Shown here in pieces: positions 1 to 8,003 of a DNA stretch of 32,056 nucleotides; position 1 is the stretch's first letter, and each line of letters opens with the position of its first letter. Source of the DNA: a virus (lineage: Duplodnaviria; Caudoviricetes); the IMG/VR virus record IMGVR_UViG_3300038520_000078, positions 1 through 32,056 of that record. One strand, 5' to 3'. A program made the position numbers and the translations under genes. The notes below the pieces were generated by a model. That model saw nothing but the letters and a program-made list of their open reading frames with translations. It had not been told where the DNA came from and did no database searches.

Positions 1-66
1 CAGAAGATTTTCACATAAGTTCCTACCTAAAAATCCTGCTGCCCCTGTTACTACAACTGTTTTCAT
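1..66 (-). CDS. NAD-dependent nucleotide-sugar epimerase/dehydratase (extended SDR), N-terminal fragment running off the window
   Basis: Manual translation from ATG at 66 gives MKTVVVTGAAGFLGRNLCENLL, a canonical TGxxGxxG Rossmann start. ATGA overlap with the exonuclease stop. Confidence 0.85.
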   Translation of the reverse strand, partial: MKTVVVTGAAGFLGRNLCENLL

Positions 67-845
67 TTTTCTGCCATTCTCCTTATTATATTCATCTGTT
101 TTTCAGATATCATTACTTTTTCTTTATACTTTTCAATTCTTTCTTCTTGATCTGAAAGAAAGTTTGATTCCCAATCGCTGATATTATCTCTATTTATTTT
201 TTCAATTAAACCTATTAATTCATCATACTCATTAGAATTCATAATTTTAATTAATTTTTTAGGTATGTCTCTAGGCGGTTTAAGCTCAATATCTTTATTA
301 ACTAAATGAAAGTAAATAATTCTACAAACCTGAACGTCCGCTAAAGCATCGTGCCAATCGAAATAAGATATATTAAAAAAATGTTTGTAAGTTTCTTCTA
401 ACTTAGGAAATTTATAATCATCAAAATCACTTTCTAACTTTATAATGTCTTTTGTACTCATCATAGTACAATGTAAATTTTTAGGTTGTCTAAAAGATTT
501 TTTTAAATAACTAAAATCTCTAGCAATAATTTGTAGATCGAAAGATAAATTATGAGCAACTAATGTATGTGCGCAAGACGCCATACTATTAAAAACTGAT
601 AATGCACTTATTAAAGGAACGCCATACTTACTAGCTTTTTCATTAGATATACCATGTATATCTTCAGCTTCTTTAGGAATAGACCAGCCTTCAGGTTGTA
701 TAATCATTGAACATTGATTTACAACTTTCTCATCTTCATCAACTAACTGTGCAGCTAATTGCACTAGATGAGGTTGCTCTACATTAGTAGCTTCTAAATC
801 TCTACGCCAAAGACCATTTGTCTCTGTATCAAAAAATAAATACAA
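63..845 (-). CDS. DEDDh 3'-5' exonuclease (DnaQ-like) with C-terminal helical extension
   Basis: ExoI FFDTETNG, ExoII AHNLSFD, ExoIII HDALADV. TTG start preceded by an AAAGGA RBS. Confidence 0.9.
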   Translation of the reverse strand: MYLFFDTETNGLWRRDLEATNVEQPHLVQLAAQLVDEDEKVVNQCSMIIQPEGWSIPKEAEDIHGISNEKASKYGVPLISALSVFNSMASCAHTLVAHNLSFDLQIIARDFSYLKKSFRQPKNLHCTMMSTKDIIKLESDFDDYKFPKLEETYKHFFNISYFDWHDALADVQVCRIIYFHLVNKDIELKPPRDIPKKLIKIMNSNEYDELIGLIEKINRDNISDWESNFLSDQEERIEKYKEKVMISEKQMNIIRRMAEK

Positions 846-850
846 AAAAA

Positions 851-866
851 TCCTTTCTTAATTATT
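851..866 (-). promoter_or_regulatory. 16-bp leader motif AATAATTAAGAAAGGA (RBS-containing), copy 1
   Basis: Exact match to 4334..4349. Both copies lie just upstream of minus-strand start codons. Confidence 0.5.
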
Positions 867-990
867 TTTTTGAAGTGGCTCTTGCCCTTCTGAAAGCTTC
901 TTTAGTAGGTGCACCCTTTGCTCCTTTTTTTCGCATTTTAGCACCTCGCTTTCTTTTAGCATGAATGTTAGCCCATAAACCTCGTTTCAT
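862..990 (-). CDS. Small highly basic protein (42 aa), not in the ORF track
   Basis: MKRGLWANIHAKRKRGAKMRKKGAKGAPTKEAFRRARATSKK. GAGG upstream, ATGA overlap with the preceding ORF. The GLxANIHAKRKR...KGAPT pattern is one I recognise from marine phage hypothetical proteins. Confidence 0.8.
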   Translation of the reverse strand: MKRGLWANIHAKRKRGAKMRKKGAKGAPTKEAFRRARATSKK

Positions 991-1142
991 TCGTTTACCT
1001 CTATTCCTACTCCTTCAACTTTTACAATAATATCTTTTTTAGTGCATACTTTACAGTTACAAATAGCACAGTTATTATCGCAAATACAAGTCATTTCACT
1101 ATGACATACACACCCACATTTTTCGCACCTTTCCTGTTCCAT
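987..1142 (-). CDS. Small Cys-rich, metallothionein-like protein (51 aa), not in the ORF track
   Basis: MEQERCEKCGCVCHSEMTCICDNNCAICNCKVCTKKDIIVKVEGVGIEVNE: 10 Cys and 1 His within residues 6-33. TAATG coupling to the primase stop and ATGA coupling to the next gene fill the gap exactly. Confidence 0.75.
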   Translation of the reverse strand: MEQERCEKCGCVCHSEMTCICDNNCAICNCKVCTKKDIIVKVEGVGIEVNE

Positions 1143-2656
1143 TAAAATTCTATCTCCTGTTCTTCATCTTGTATCTTAGGCTTTGTAAATTCCTCTTCTT
1201 GTCTCTTAAACTTAGCCATAGACCATAGATTAACGTGTTTACCCTTAATCTTCTTGGTTAAATGTTCAGCACCAAATTCCTTTAAATGAGCAGTTACTTC
1301 ATGTAACTTAAATTCTTTGAATCTATGTTTCTCTAAGAATTCCATAAAGTCATTAATTCTAAACATTGTTACGTTATCCTGCGTTACCGCATGACCTCGT
1401 AACAAGTCTTCTATTATATCAGAAGAAGTGCTTCCTGTACAAAATCTTTCGCATAATTCTAGTAATCTTCCTCTATTAGAACTATCTGAATTTACCTCTA
1501 CAACCTCCATTCTAACCATTAATTCGTTAATTGTTTCAAGCCAAAGTGGTTGAGCTACGATAGGCATGAGAGTATTCATGTTCTCGAATACCACTCTTTG
1601 AAAGTTTTTTTGATTAATAATCTCTAAACTATCGATAGGTCCTATTCTCTGATCATTAACAGTAACGAAATAAGTAGGAGGATCTGTATTAATTTTAGTT
1701 ATACCACTAATTGCTGGTAAGTTTCCATTATCGCTAATACCAAACTTACAAGTTAAACAAACTGGTTTATTACAGAACGCATTAATTGGTTGTTCTGAAC
1801 ACATATAATTGTAATCTTTTTTCTCTAATGATTTAATAATTGTTTGCACTTCTTTAGATTTTAAAGGAGGTTCCATGTAATTGTGATTGTATTCTTCTAT
1901 CTTCTCTTCCCATTCGTCAGGGTGTGCTTTCTTTAAATATACTCCTATGTTATATAATGAATTGTTTCTTGTGCCTTGTGGAAATCCGTGTTGTAGTAAA
2001 TATTTTAAACAAGGAGGTCCGTCAGGTAATAATTTTTTATTTTCTTCCTTAAGTTGTGGAATTTTAATTTCGTCAACACTATCTATTTTTCTAATGTTAG
2101 CAAGTTTAATAAAAGCTTCAGGATCTGTTATATGTTCTCCGTTATAAATAGCGTATCTAGTAGAACGCTTTCCACCAAAGTAAGGCATATTTATCCAGTT
2201 TCCTACATCTCCTCGATCTGTAACTAGCTTTACTTGTTTAGGAAATATCTCAGCACTAGGCTTTCCAAGTGCTGAAGTTATCTGTCTTAGTTTATCCACT
2301 ACTAATTTTGCAGATACTGCTTTATTAAAAAATAAATACAGATGAATTCCACCAGATTTAGTTAAACAAGGTATGAAAGGGGATGTTCCTAGGCTCTTTG
2401 ATAAAGTATCTACGTCTAAGTCGTATTCGTCAATATCAATAGCTGCCCATAAAACTTTAGCATCATCACGAATAGGAACTACACCTAGGCCTTGCATGCC
2501 TAATAAATGTAGTTCCCATTGCTTCGTTGTTAGTTTTTCAGGTATTGTTCTAGCAGTACCAGATTGTTTTACTCCTGATTGATCTGAGTCAACATCATAT
2601 CTACCATAAGCACGATCTAATCCACTAAATAGTCTATGAAAGTTTTCTGCAAGCAT
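1142..2656 (-). CDS. Archaeo-eukaryotic primase (AEP/PrimPol) with Cys-containing PriCT/PriL-like domain
   Basis: AEP motifs AIDID, TKSGGIHLY, EIFPKQ and GNWINMPY, followed by PPC...GTRNNSLY and a C-x8-C-x4-C-x2-C cluster. Confidence 0.85.
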   Translation of the reverse strand: MLAENFHRLFSGLDRAYGRYDVDSDQSGVKQSGTARTIPEKLTTKQWELHLLGMQGLGVVPIRDDAKVLWAAIDIDEYDLDVDTLSKSLGTSPFIPCLTKSGGIHLYLFFNKAVSAKLVVDKLRQITSALGKPSAEIFPKQVKLVTDRGDVGNWINMPYFGGKRSTRYAIYNGEHITDPEAFIKLANIRKIDSVDEIKIPQLKEENKKLLPDGPPCLKYLLQHGFPQGTRNNSLYNIGVYLKKAHPDEWEEKIEEYNHNYMEPPLKSKEVQTIIKSLEKKDYNYMCSEQPINAFCNKPVCLTCKFGISDNGNLPAISGITKINTDPPTYFVTVNDQRIGPIDSLEIINQKNFQRVVFENMNTLMPIVAQPLWLETINELMVRMEVVEVNSDSSNRGRLLELCERFCTGSTSSDIIEDLLRGHAVTQDNVTMFRINDFMEFLEKHRFKEFKLHEVTAHLKEFGAEHLTKKIKGKHVNLWSMAKFKRQEEEFTKPKIQDEEQEIEF

Positions 2657-3414
2657 TAAAAGGGAATATCATCACCGTCAACTGCTGCAGCTCTTTTCTC
2701 ACCACTTTTAATAGATTCAGATAAAGCTTTTGCTTCTTTATAGATATTAGGGTCAGATATAGGCTTAGCATCTCCTACTCTATAAATAAACCAAGTTCCT
2801 TGATCGTTGTCTTTCTCAGTAGTTTCTATTTCCCATTCGTAATAGAATGTAGGAGGTTCTATCATCTTACCACCTATAACTTCTTTTTGAAGTTTCATTC
2901 TAGTTAACCAATTTCTAGAAACAGTTAATAAAGAACTAGTCATAGACATAACTGCTGGTTCGTAAGAGCCATCTTCATTCACTACTAATACATAGTGATC
3001 AGCTGTATCAGCAAGTTCATTACCACTAGGAAGTATGAATTTACCTTTATCGTTCTTAGTAAGATCAGTAGGTCTAGTTTCATGGGCTTGTACGAAACCA
3101 CCTCCTTGTTCTCTAGGTATCCATTCTACATATGATTTTATAAACTCACATGGCACTACTCTAATTTTTCCCTTATAGAGAGTATTAGTTACAGTATTAA
3201 AGATATCTCCCTCTTCAGCACCGTCAATATACTTATCGTCTTTCTTTTTTCTTTGAGGACTACCAGATTGCACAATCGCTAATCTAGGAATACTCATATC
3301 TTCAGTCTTTACATTCTGAAGACCTTTACCAGAATCAGCTATAATTTCTTGCTGTAACTCAGCTAAAACTATATTCTGTTCTTCTTTTTTTACAACTGTC
3401 TTTTGCTCAGGCAT
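2656..3414 (-). CDS. Putative phage single-stranded DNA-binding protein
   Basis: Ends in DGDDIPF (bacterial SSB-type tip), carries aromatic motifs (YVEWIPR, WFIY) and sits next to the primase. Confidence 0.65.
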   Translation of the reverse strand: MPEQKTVVKKEEQNIVLAELQQEIIADSGKGLQNVKTEDMSIPRLAIVQSGSPQRKKKDDKYIDGAEEGDIFNTVTNTLYKGKIRVVPCEFIKSYVEWIPREQGGGFVQAHETRPTDLTKNDKGKFILPSGNELADTADHYVLVVNEDGSYEPAVMSMTSSLLTVSRNWLTRMKLQKEVIGGKMIEPPTFYYEWEIETTEKDNDQGTWFIYRVGDAKPISDPNIYKEAKALSESIKSGEKRAAAVDGDDIPF

Positions 3415-3999
3415 TTATTTTTCTCCTTTCGATAATTTTACTTTAGCCAAAGGTGTTTCATACCAATTAAATAAACCATCTGGTATTTCTTCACCCTTAT
3501 TTCTCAAGTCTTTAAAAGTAGCTTTTAAAGTTTGAGGGTGTACAGTAGCTTTTTCTAAATAACTATCTTGACCATTATCTTGTAAAACTCCTTTAATTCT
3601 TTCAGCTTCTTCGTGCTCTCCACGTGCAAACGATATAGTTATATCATGTTTAATAATATCACCTAGACCGTTATTATCTAACCACTCTAAAGCTTCTTTT
3701 CTCTTAGATTCGTTTATACTAGCATAAAGTTCATCTTTAACAGCTATTTCCGTACCATCGTCCATAACGAACTTACTTATATTTAAAGACATCATGGCGT
3801 CTGGTATTTCTTTTTCTCTGATATCCTTTAACTCTTCATACGATTTACTAGCTAAAGATTTATAATCAGAGTATTCTCTTTCTTTGTTAACTAATCTACG
3901 ACATATAGATGTTAATTTAGAAAGTTTTTCGTCAGTAGGTATTTCCCTCTGTTTTTTAGCGTCTTCTTCTAGACTACTAAATATTTCGTTACTTGACAT
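3415..3999 (-). CDS. Conserved phage replication-module protein (VHPQTLKA motif)
   Basis: Motifs WLDNNGLGDIIK and VHPQTLKATF. Start moved to ATG 3999 because a GGAG RBS lies just upstream. Confidence 0.7.
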   Translation of the reverse strand: MSSNEIFSSLEEDAKKQREIPTDEKLSKLTSICRRLVNKEREYSDYKSLASKSYEELKDIREKEIPDAMMSLNISKFVMDDGTEIAVKDELYASINESKRKEALEWLDNNGLGDIIKHDITISFARGEHEEAERIKGVLQDNGQDSYLEKATVHPQTLKATFKDLRNKGEEIPDGLFNWYETPLAKVKLSKGEK

Positions 4000-4327
4000 T
4001 ATCTTTCTCCTTTCTTCCGAATAAGTCAATAGATACTGAATAATAAGCTTTAGTTTGCTTATCCCATTTCAATAACTTAATGAAGCCATTATTAATATCA
4101 CCAGCTACCATAGCCGTTATAGCAATCGCAGCGGGATCTCCCATGGCTAATATATAGTCTTCATCTGTAAAGTCTTTTAACTTTTTTCTAACAGTTATTA
4201 CTGCTCGATTAGATGAAAATACTATTTGACTACCGAAAGGAAAGATTACGTCTAACTCACCATATCTTGCGGCTGGCATAACGTTTACAGATGGATTCTC
4301 TTGTACTATATATACTCTAGAACTCAT
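3989..4327 (-). CDS. Conserved phage hypothetical protein (112 aa)
   Basis: Strong AAAGGAG RBS, first gene of the leftward operon, motifs YIVQE, DYILAMGDP and LKWDK. Confidence 0.75.
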   Translation of the reverse strand: MSSRVYIVQENPSVNVMPAARYGELDVIFPFGSQIVFSSNRAVITVRKKLKDFTDEDYILAMGDPAAIAITAMVAGDINNGFIKLLKWDKQTKAYYSVSIDLFGRKEKDNVK

Positions 4328-4396
4328 TGTTTCTCCTTTCTTAATTATTCGATATAGTATAAATTAATTTTTAAAAATAAACAGAAAGAAAAAATA
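4328..4396. promoter_or_regulatory. AT-rich divergent intergenic region, probable back-to-back promoters, containing copy 2 of the 16-bp leader motif (4334..4349)
   Basis: Only divergent junction in the window. Contains TATAGT/TATAAA -10-like words, but exact promoter elements cannot be resolved. Confidence 0.55.
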
Positions 4397-5872
4397 ATGA
4401 CGCAAGTATCTTTTAGTGATGATGAATTTATAGATTATAAATATAAAACTAAACCATTTAAACATCAATGGGACGTATTTAAAATGTCTCGTGATGAAGA
4501 ATATTATGCCTTGTTTATGGAACAAGGAACTGGTAAATCTAAAGTAATAGTAGATACTATTACTCATTTAGCAAGAAAAGGTAGCATAGATAGTGCTATA
4601 ATAGTAGCACCTAAAGGTGTTTATAGAAACTGGCTAAAATTAGAAATACCTATACATATGCCAGATGATGTCCTTGATTCTATTTACATGGAGATATGGA
4701 ATCCTACTGAAACTAAGAAAAACATAGAAAGATTAACTAAATTTATGAAAGAAAACCACGATGGTTTAAAAGTATTTATTATTAACATAGAAGCTTTTAG
4801 CACGTTAAAAGGATTACATTATACTCAAAGATTTTTAAATGTTCATAAGTCTATGGTAGTTATAGATGAATCTTCTACTATTAAACATAAGACTGCTCGA
4901 AGAACTAAGAACTTATTAAAAATTTCTAATATGGCAAAGTATCGTAGAATACTTACAGGAACACCAGTAACAGCAGGACCTGTAGATATATACACTCAAA
5001 TGTCTTTTCTTTCAGATAATATTTTACAGTCTTCGTTTTATGGTTTTCGTAATCGATACTGCGTGCTTCGTAGAAGAACAATAAATATGAGAACATTTGA
5101 TGAAATAGTAGATTATCAAAACTTAGATGAGTTGCAAGACGTAATTAAACCTTACTCTTATCGAGTAACTAAAGCTGAGTGTTTAGATTTACCAGATAAA
5201 ATTTATATAAAAAGAGAAATAGAGATGACTTCAAAGCAAAAGAAAGTATATGACATACTAAGACGTAAAGCTTACATAGAGTTATCGGAAGAAAAATCTG
5301 TATCTGCTCCTCTAGTTATTACAAGATTACTAAGACTACAGCAGATTATGTGTGGCTTCGTAAAGTATGATGATGGTAAGTTAGAGGAAATAGATAAGGT
5401 AAACCCTAGAATAACTGAGTTAATACAAGTATTAGAAGAAACAGAAGGTCAAGTTATAATCTGGTCTAACTATACTAGATCTATTCAAGACATAGAAAAC
5501 GCTATAAAAAAGAATATGAAAGATAAAACTTGTGCTACATATTATGGAGATACTAAATCGGAAGATAGACAAGAAATAGTTTCACAGTTTCAAGCTGGTG
5601 AAATAGATTATTTTATAGGGCAACCTAGAACGGGTGGCTATGGTCTTACTTTAACTAATGCTAAAACTGTTATCTACTATGCTAATAGTTATGATTTAGA
5701 AGTAAGACTACAATCTGAAGATAGACCTCATAGAATTGGTCAAACTAATAAAGTTACTTATATAGATTTTGTAACGCCTAAAACTATTGATGAAAAAATA
5801 TTTGAATCTCTTAGAAACAAAAAGTCTTTAGCAGATAGTATTACAGGAGATAATTGGAAAGAATGGATTTAA
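4397..5872 (+). CDS. SNF2-family (SF2) helicase/ATPase
   Basis: Walker A-like MEQGTGKS, motif II IDES, motif III LTGTP, motif V GYGLTLT, motif VI QSEDRPHRIGQ. Confidence 0.93.
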   Translation: MTQVSFSDDEFIDYKYKTKPFKHQWDVFKMSRDEEYYALFMEQGTGKSKVIVDTITHLARKGSIDSAIIVAPKGVYRNWLKLEIPIHMPDDVLDSIYMEIWNPTETKKNIERLTKFMKENHDGLKVFIINIEAFSTLKGLHYTQRFLNVHKSMVVIDESSTIKHKTARRTKNLLKISNMAKYRRILTGTPVTAGPVDIYTQMSFLSDNILQSSFYGFRNRYCVLRRRTINMRTFDEIVDYQNLDELQDVIKPYSYRVTKAECLDLPDKIYIKREIEMTSKQKKVYDILRRKAYIELSEEKSVSAPLVITRLLRLQQIMCGFVKYDDGKLEEIDKVNPRITELIQVLEETEGQVIIWSNYTRSIQDIENAIKKNMKDKTCATYYGDTKSEDRQEIVSQFQAGEIDYFIGQPRTGGYGLTLTNAKTVIYYANSYDLEVRLQSEDRPHRIGQTNKVTYIDFVTPKTIDEKIFESLRNKKSLADSITGDNWKEWI

Positions 5873-6093
5873 TATTCTTTATAATTTTTAATTAGAAATT
5901 CTTCTATCCAAGCCATTCTATCGTCCATTTGAACGATTTTTTCTTTTATTACAGCTATATCTAGTTGCATTTGAGTAACACTATCTACTTTATTTTCAAC
6001 TGCTTCTAGCCTAGATTTCCACATACCCCATGTCATAGCAAATCCTACTATCATTACGATGTACGGAGTAGCTGTTTTTAGGTCAATCTTCAT
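5869..6093 (-). CDS. Small single-pass membrane protein with coiled-coil C-terminus
   Basis: Hydrophobic PYIVMIVGFAMTWGMW followed by a heptad-like helix. Confidence 0.7.
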   Translation of the reverse strand: MKIDLKTATPYIVMIVGFAMTWGMWKSRLEAVENKVDSVTQMQLDIAVIKEKIVQMDDRMAWIEEFLIKNYKEY

Positions 6094-6097
6094 GGTT

Positions 6098-6580
6098 TTA
6101 CTTTACATTAGCCGACATATTATTCAACGGATTATTCAATGCCTTATTTATCTTTAAATCTAAATTATCTTCTAATATTTTTATTTCATCTAATAATTCT
6201 CTAGCATCTTCTTTCTGTCGATCTTCTACATCATTTACGATTTCAGTTATATGTCTAATATCGCCTTCCATTTGGCGTAAATCTGTTTTTAAATCATCTT
6301 TTAATTCTTTTGCAGTAGAAGCAACTAAGCTTACTTCTTCTAATATCATAGATATTTCAGTTTTTATCATCTCTAATTCTTGCTCTACTAGAGCAATTTT
6401 TTTATCAAAACCACTAAGATCAGGAGATACAAAATTTTGTATTTGTGCTTTCATATCTAAATAATCGTCATAAAATTTATAAGCAGACCAGCCTCCACCT
6501 ATAATAGCCCCTAATAAAGACAGTATAATAAAGAATTTACCGCCACTAAACTTTATACCTTGATACTCAATACTGGCCAT
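6098..6580 (-). CDS. Membrane-anchored coiled-coil protein (160 aa)
   Basis: N-terminal TM FFIILSLLGAIIGGGW, then a long E/K/L-rich heptad region. Confidence 0.75.
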   Translation of the reverse strand: MASIEYQGIKFSGGKFFIILSLLGAIIGGGWSAYKFYDDYLDMKAQIQNFVSPDLSGFDKKIALVEQELEMIKTEISMILEEVSLVASTAKELKDDLKTDLRQMEGDIRHITEIVNDVEDRQKEDARELLDEIKILEDNLDLKINKALNNPLNNMSANVK

Positions 6581-8003
6581 TAATCATTCGTTCCATAGTG
6601 TTGTTTTGTGAATTGTTGAACAATATACCATATTTGTCTTCCAATGTCTTTAACAAATATTCTTCTACATTAGTGTCTTGAATTACAGATTGAGCATCGA
6701 AAAAAGCTTTTGTATCTCCTAGTATTTGCATAACTATTAACGTTTTCATTTGATTTGATTCATCATATCTAGCTTTATCGTCAATCTTCTTTACTATTTT
6801 AGTAGCAGCTTTTTCTTTATTTGATAATTTAGGTTTAGATGGTTTCTCTTCTTCTATCTTTTCTTCTTGATCTTCTTCTTTTTGTACTGTTTGTGGCGTT
6901 TCTTGTTCTGGTTCCTGTAATTCTTCTTGAGATTCTTCGATAGTTTCTTCTTCAGGCTCAGCTTCTACAACTTCTATTTCTTCTATCTCTATTTCAATCT
7001 CTAATTCAACTTCTGTTTCTACTTCTACAATTTCTACTTCAGGTTCTGGTAACTCTAATTCAAATTCAGCTATCTCTAATTCAACACTTGCAAAAGTAAT
7101 TTCTTCAGGTTCTGGCTCAATCGGAGTAAAATTTATTTCTCCGTCATCAACACTAATATCGTTAAACTCAAAGACTTCTTCTACAAAATCTAATTCAGTA
7201 GGGTCAAAAATATTTAAATAATATATTTGTTCAAGAGTAGTTATCTCTTGTTCTATTAATGTAGATACTACATTATATAAAACATTTACAGTTACGTCAT
7301 CAAATAGAGGGCCTATAGCTAAGTTTATATCTCTACCTCCTACTTCTATAATAACAGTGCTTATAGTGCCAGAAAAATCAAAAGAGCCGTTATAAGATTG
7401 ATAACCTGAGGCTACGCCAGTTTCCGATAATATATCTGTTCCTTGAAATATATTAGTTTTTCCGTTACGACCAGTAATATGCATATATATTCTATCTTGA
7501 GCATCTCGTTTATCTACTTCAATCGTATATCTTACTTCTCCACCTCTTTCCATGTTAAGATCTGAAATATCTACGCTGTTTATAAAAGTTGTACCCATGC
7601 CTGTTACGCCCATACTAGATGTAGAATTACCACTACCAGTAATCTGAGCACACTTATCAGTTCCTAATTGACCGCAAGTATTACCCGAGGGCATGGATGC
7701 TGGACCCTGGCCACCCCAATCAATATCCATATCGCCCTCTTTATTAGAAATTACATAGTTATTATCTCCGTCTAGGATGTTTCCAGAATCTTCGTTTGTA
7801 ACAGTTTGAGTAGTGGTTGTAGTTGTCGTAGTAGTTGTCGTAACTATCTCTGTTCCTAAGTCTTCTTCAGTTATTTCTACTTGTATATCTTCGACTACAG
7901 TAACGCCAGGTTCACATAAACCTTCGGTGTTAGGAAGACATACGTCAGCTCTAGAATAAGAGCAGTAAAGAAAGAGCCATAAGGCCAAAATTCTTAAGAC
8001 CAT
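6567..8003 (-). CDS. Exported acidic protein (478 aa): signal peptide, poly-Thr linker, beta-rich domain, Glu-rich stalk
   Basis: Signal-like MVLRILALWLFLYCSYSRA, two Cys pairs, an 11-Thr run and an E/I/P-rich low-complexity segment. Confidence 0.75.
   Translation of the reverse strand: MVLRILALWLFLYCSYSRADVCLPNTEGLCEPGVTVVEDIQVEITEEDLGTEIVTTTTTTTTTTTQTVTNEDSGNILDGDNNYVISNKEGDMDIDWGGQGPASMPSGNTCGQLGTDKCAQITGSGNSTSSMGVTGMGTTFINSVDISDLNMERGGEVRYTIEVDKRDAQDRIYMHITGRNGKTNIFQGTDILSETGVASGYQSYNGSFDFSGTISTVIIEVGGRDINLAIGPLFDDVTVNVLYNVVSTLIEQEITTLEQIYYLNIFDPTELDFVEEVFEFNDISVDDGEINFTPIEPEPEEITFASVELEIAEFELELPEPEVEIVEVETEVELEIEIEIEEIEVVEAEPEEETIEESQEELQEPEQETPQTVQKEEDQEEKIEEEKPSKPKLSNKEKAATKIVKKIDDKARYDESNQMKTLIVMQILGDTKAFFDAQSVIQDTNVEEYLLKTLEDKYGILFNNSQNNTMERMINGQY
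7809..7841 (-). repeat. Poly-threonine tract (11 codons)
   Basis: ACG ACA ACT ACT ACG ACA ACT ACA ACC ACT ACT, mixed synonymous codons. Confidence 0.9.

Noticed and set aside
4364-4567. 67-aa minus-strand F/Y/I-rich ORF
   Set aside because: Antisense to the helicase 5' end, and its composition reflects AT-rich shadow sequence.
6850-7130. ttc-rich DNA as a microsatellite or phase-variation tract
   Set aside because: It is the imperfect coding pattern of the Glu-rich stalk, with no perfect tandem run.
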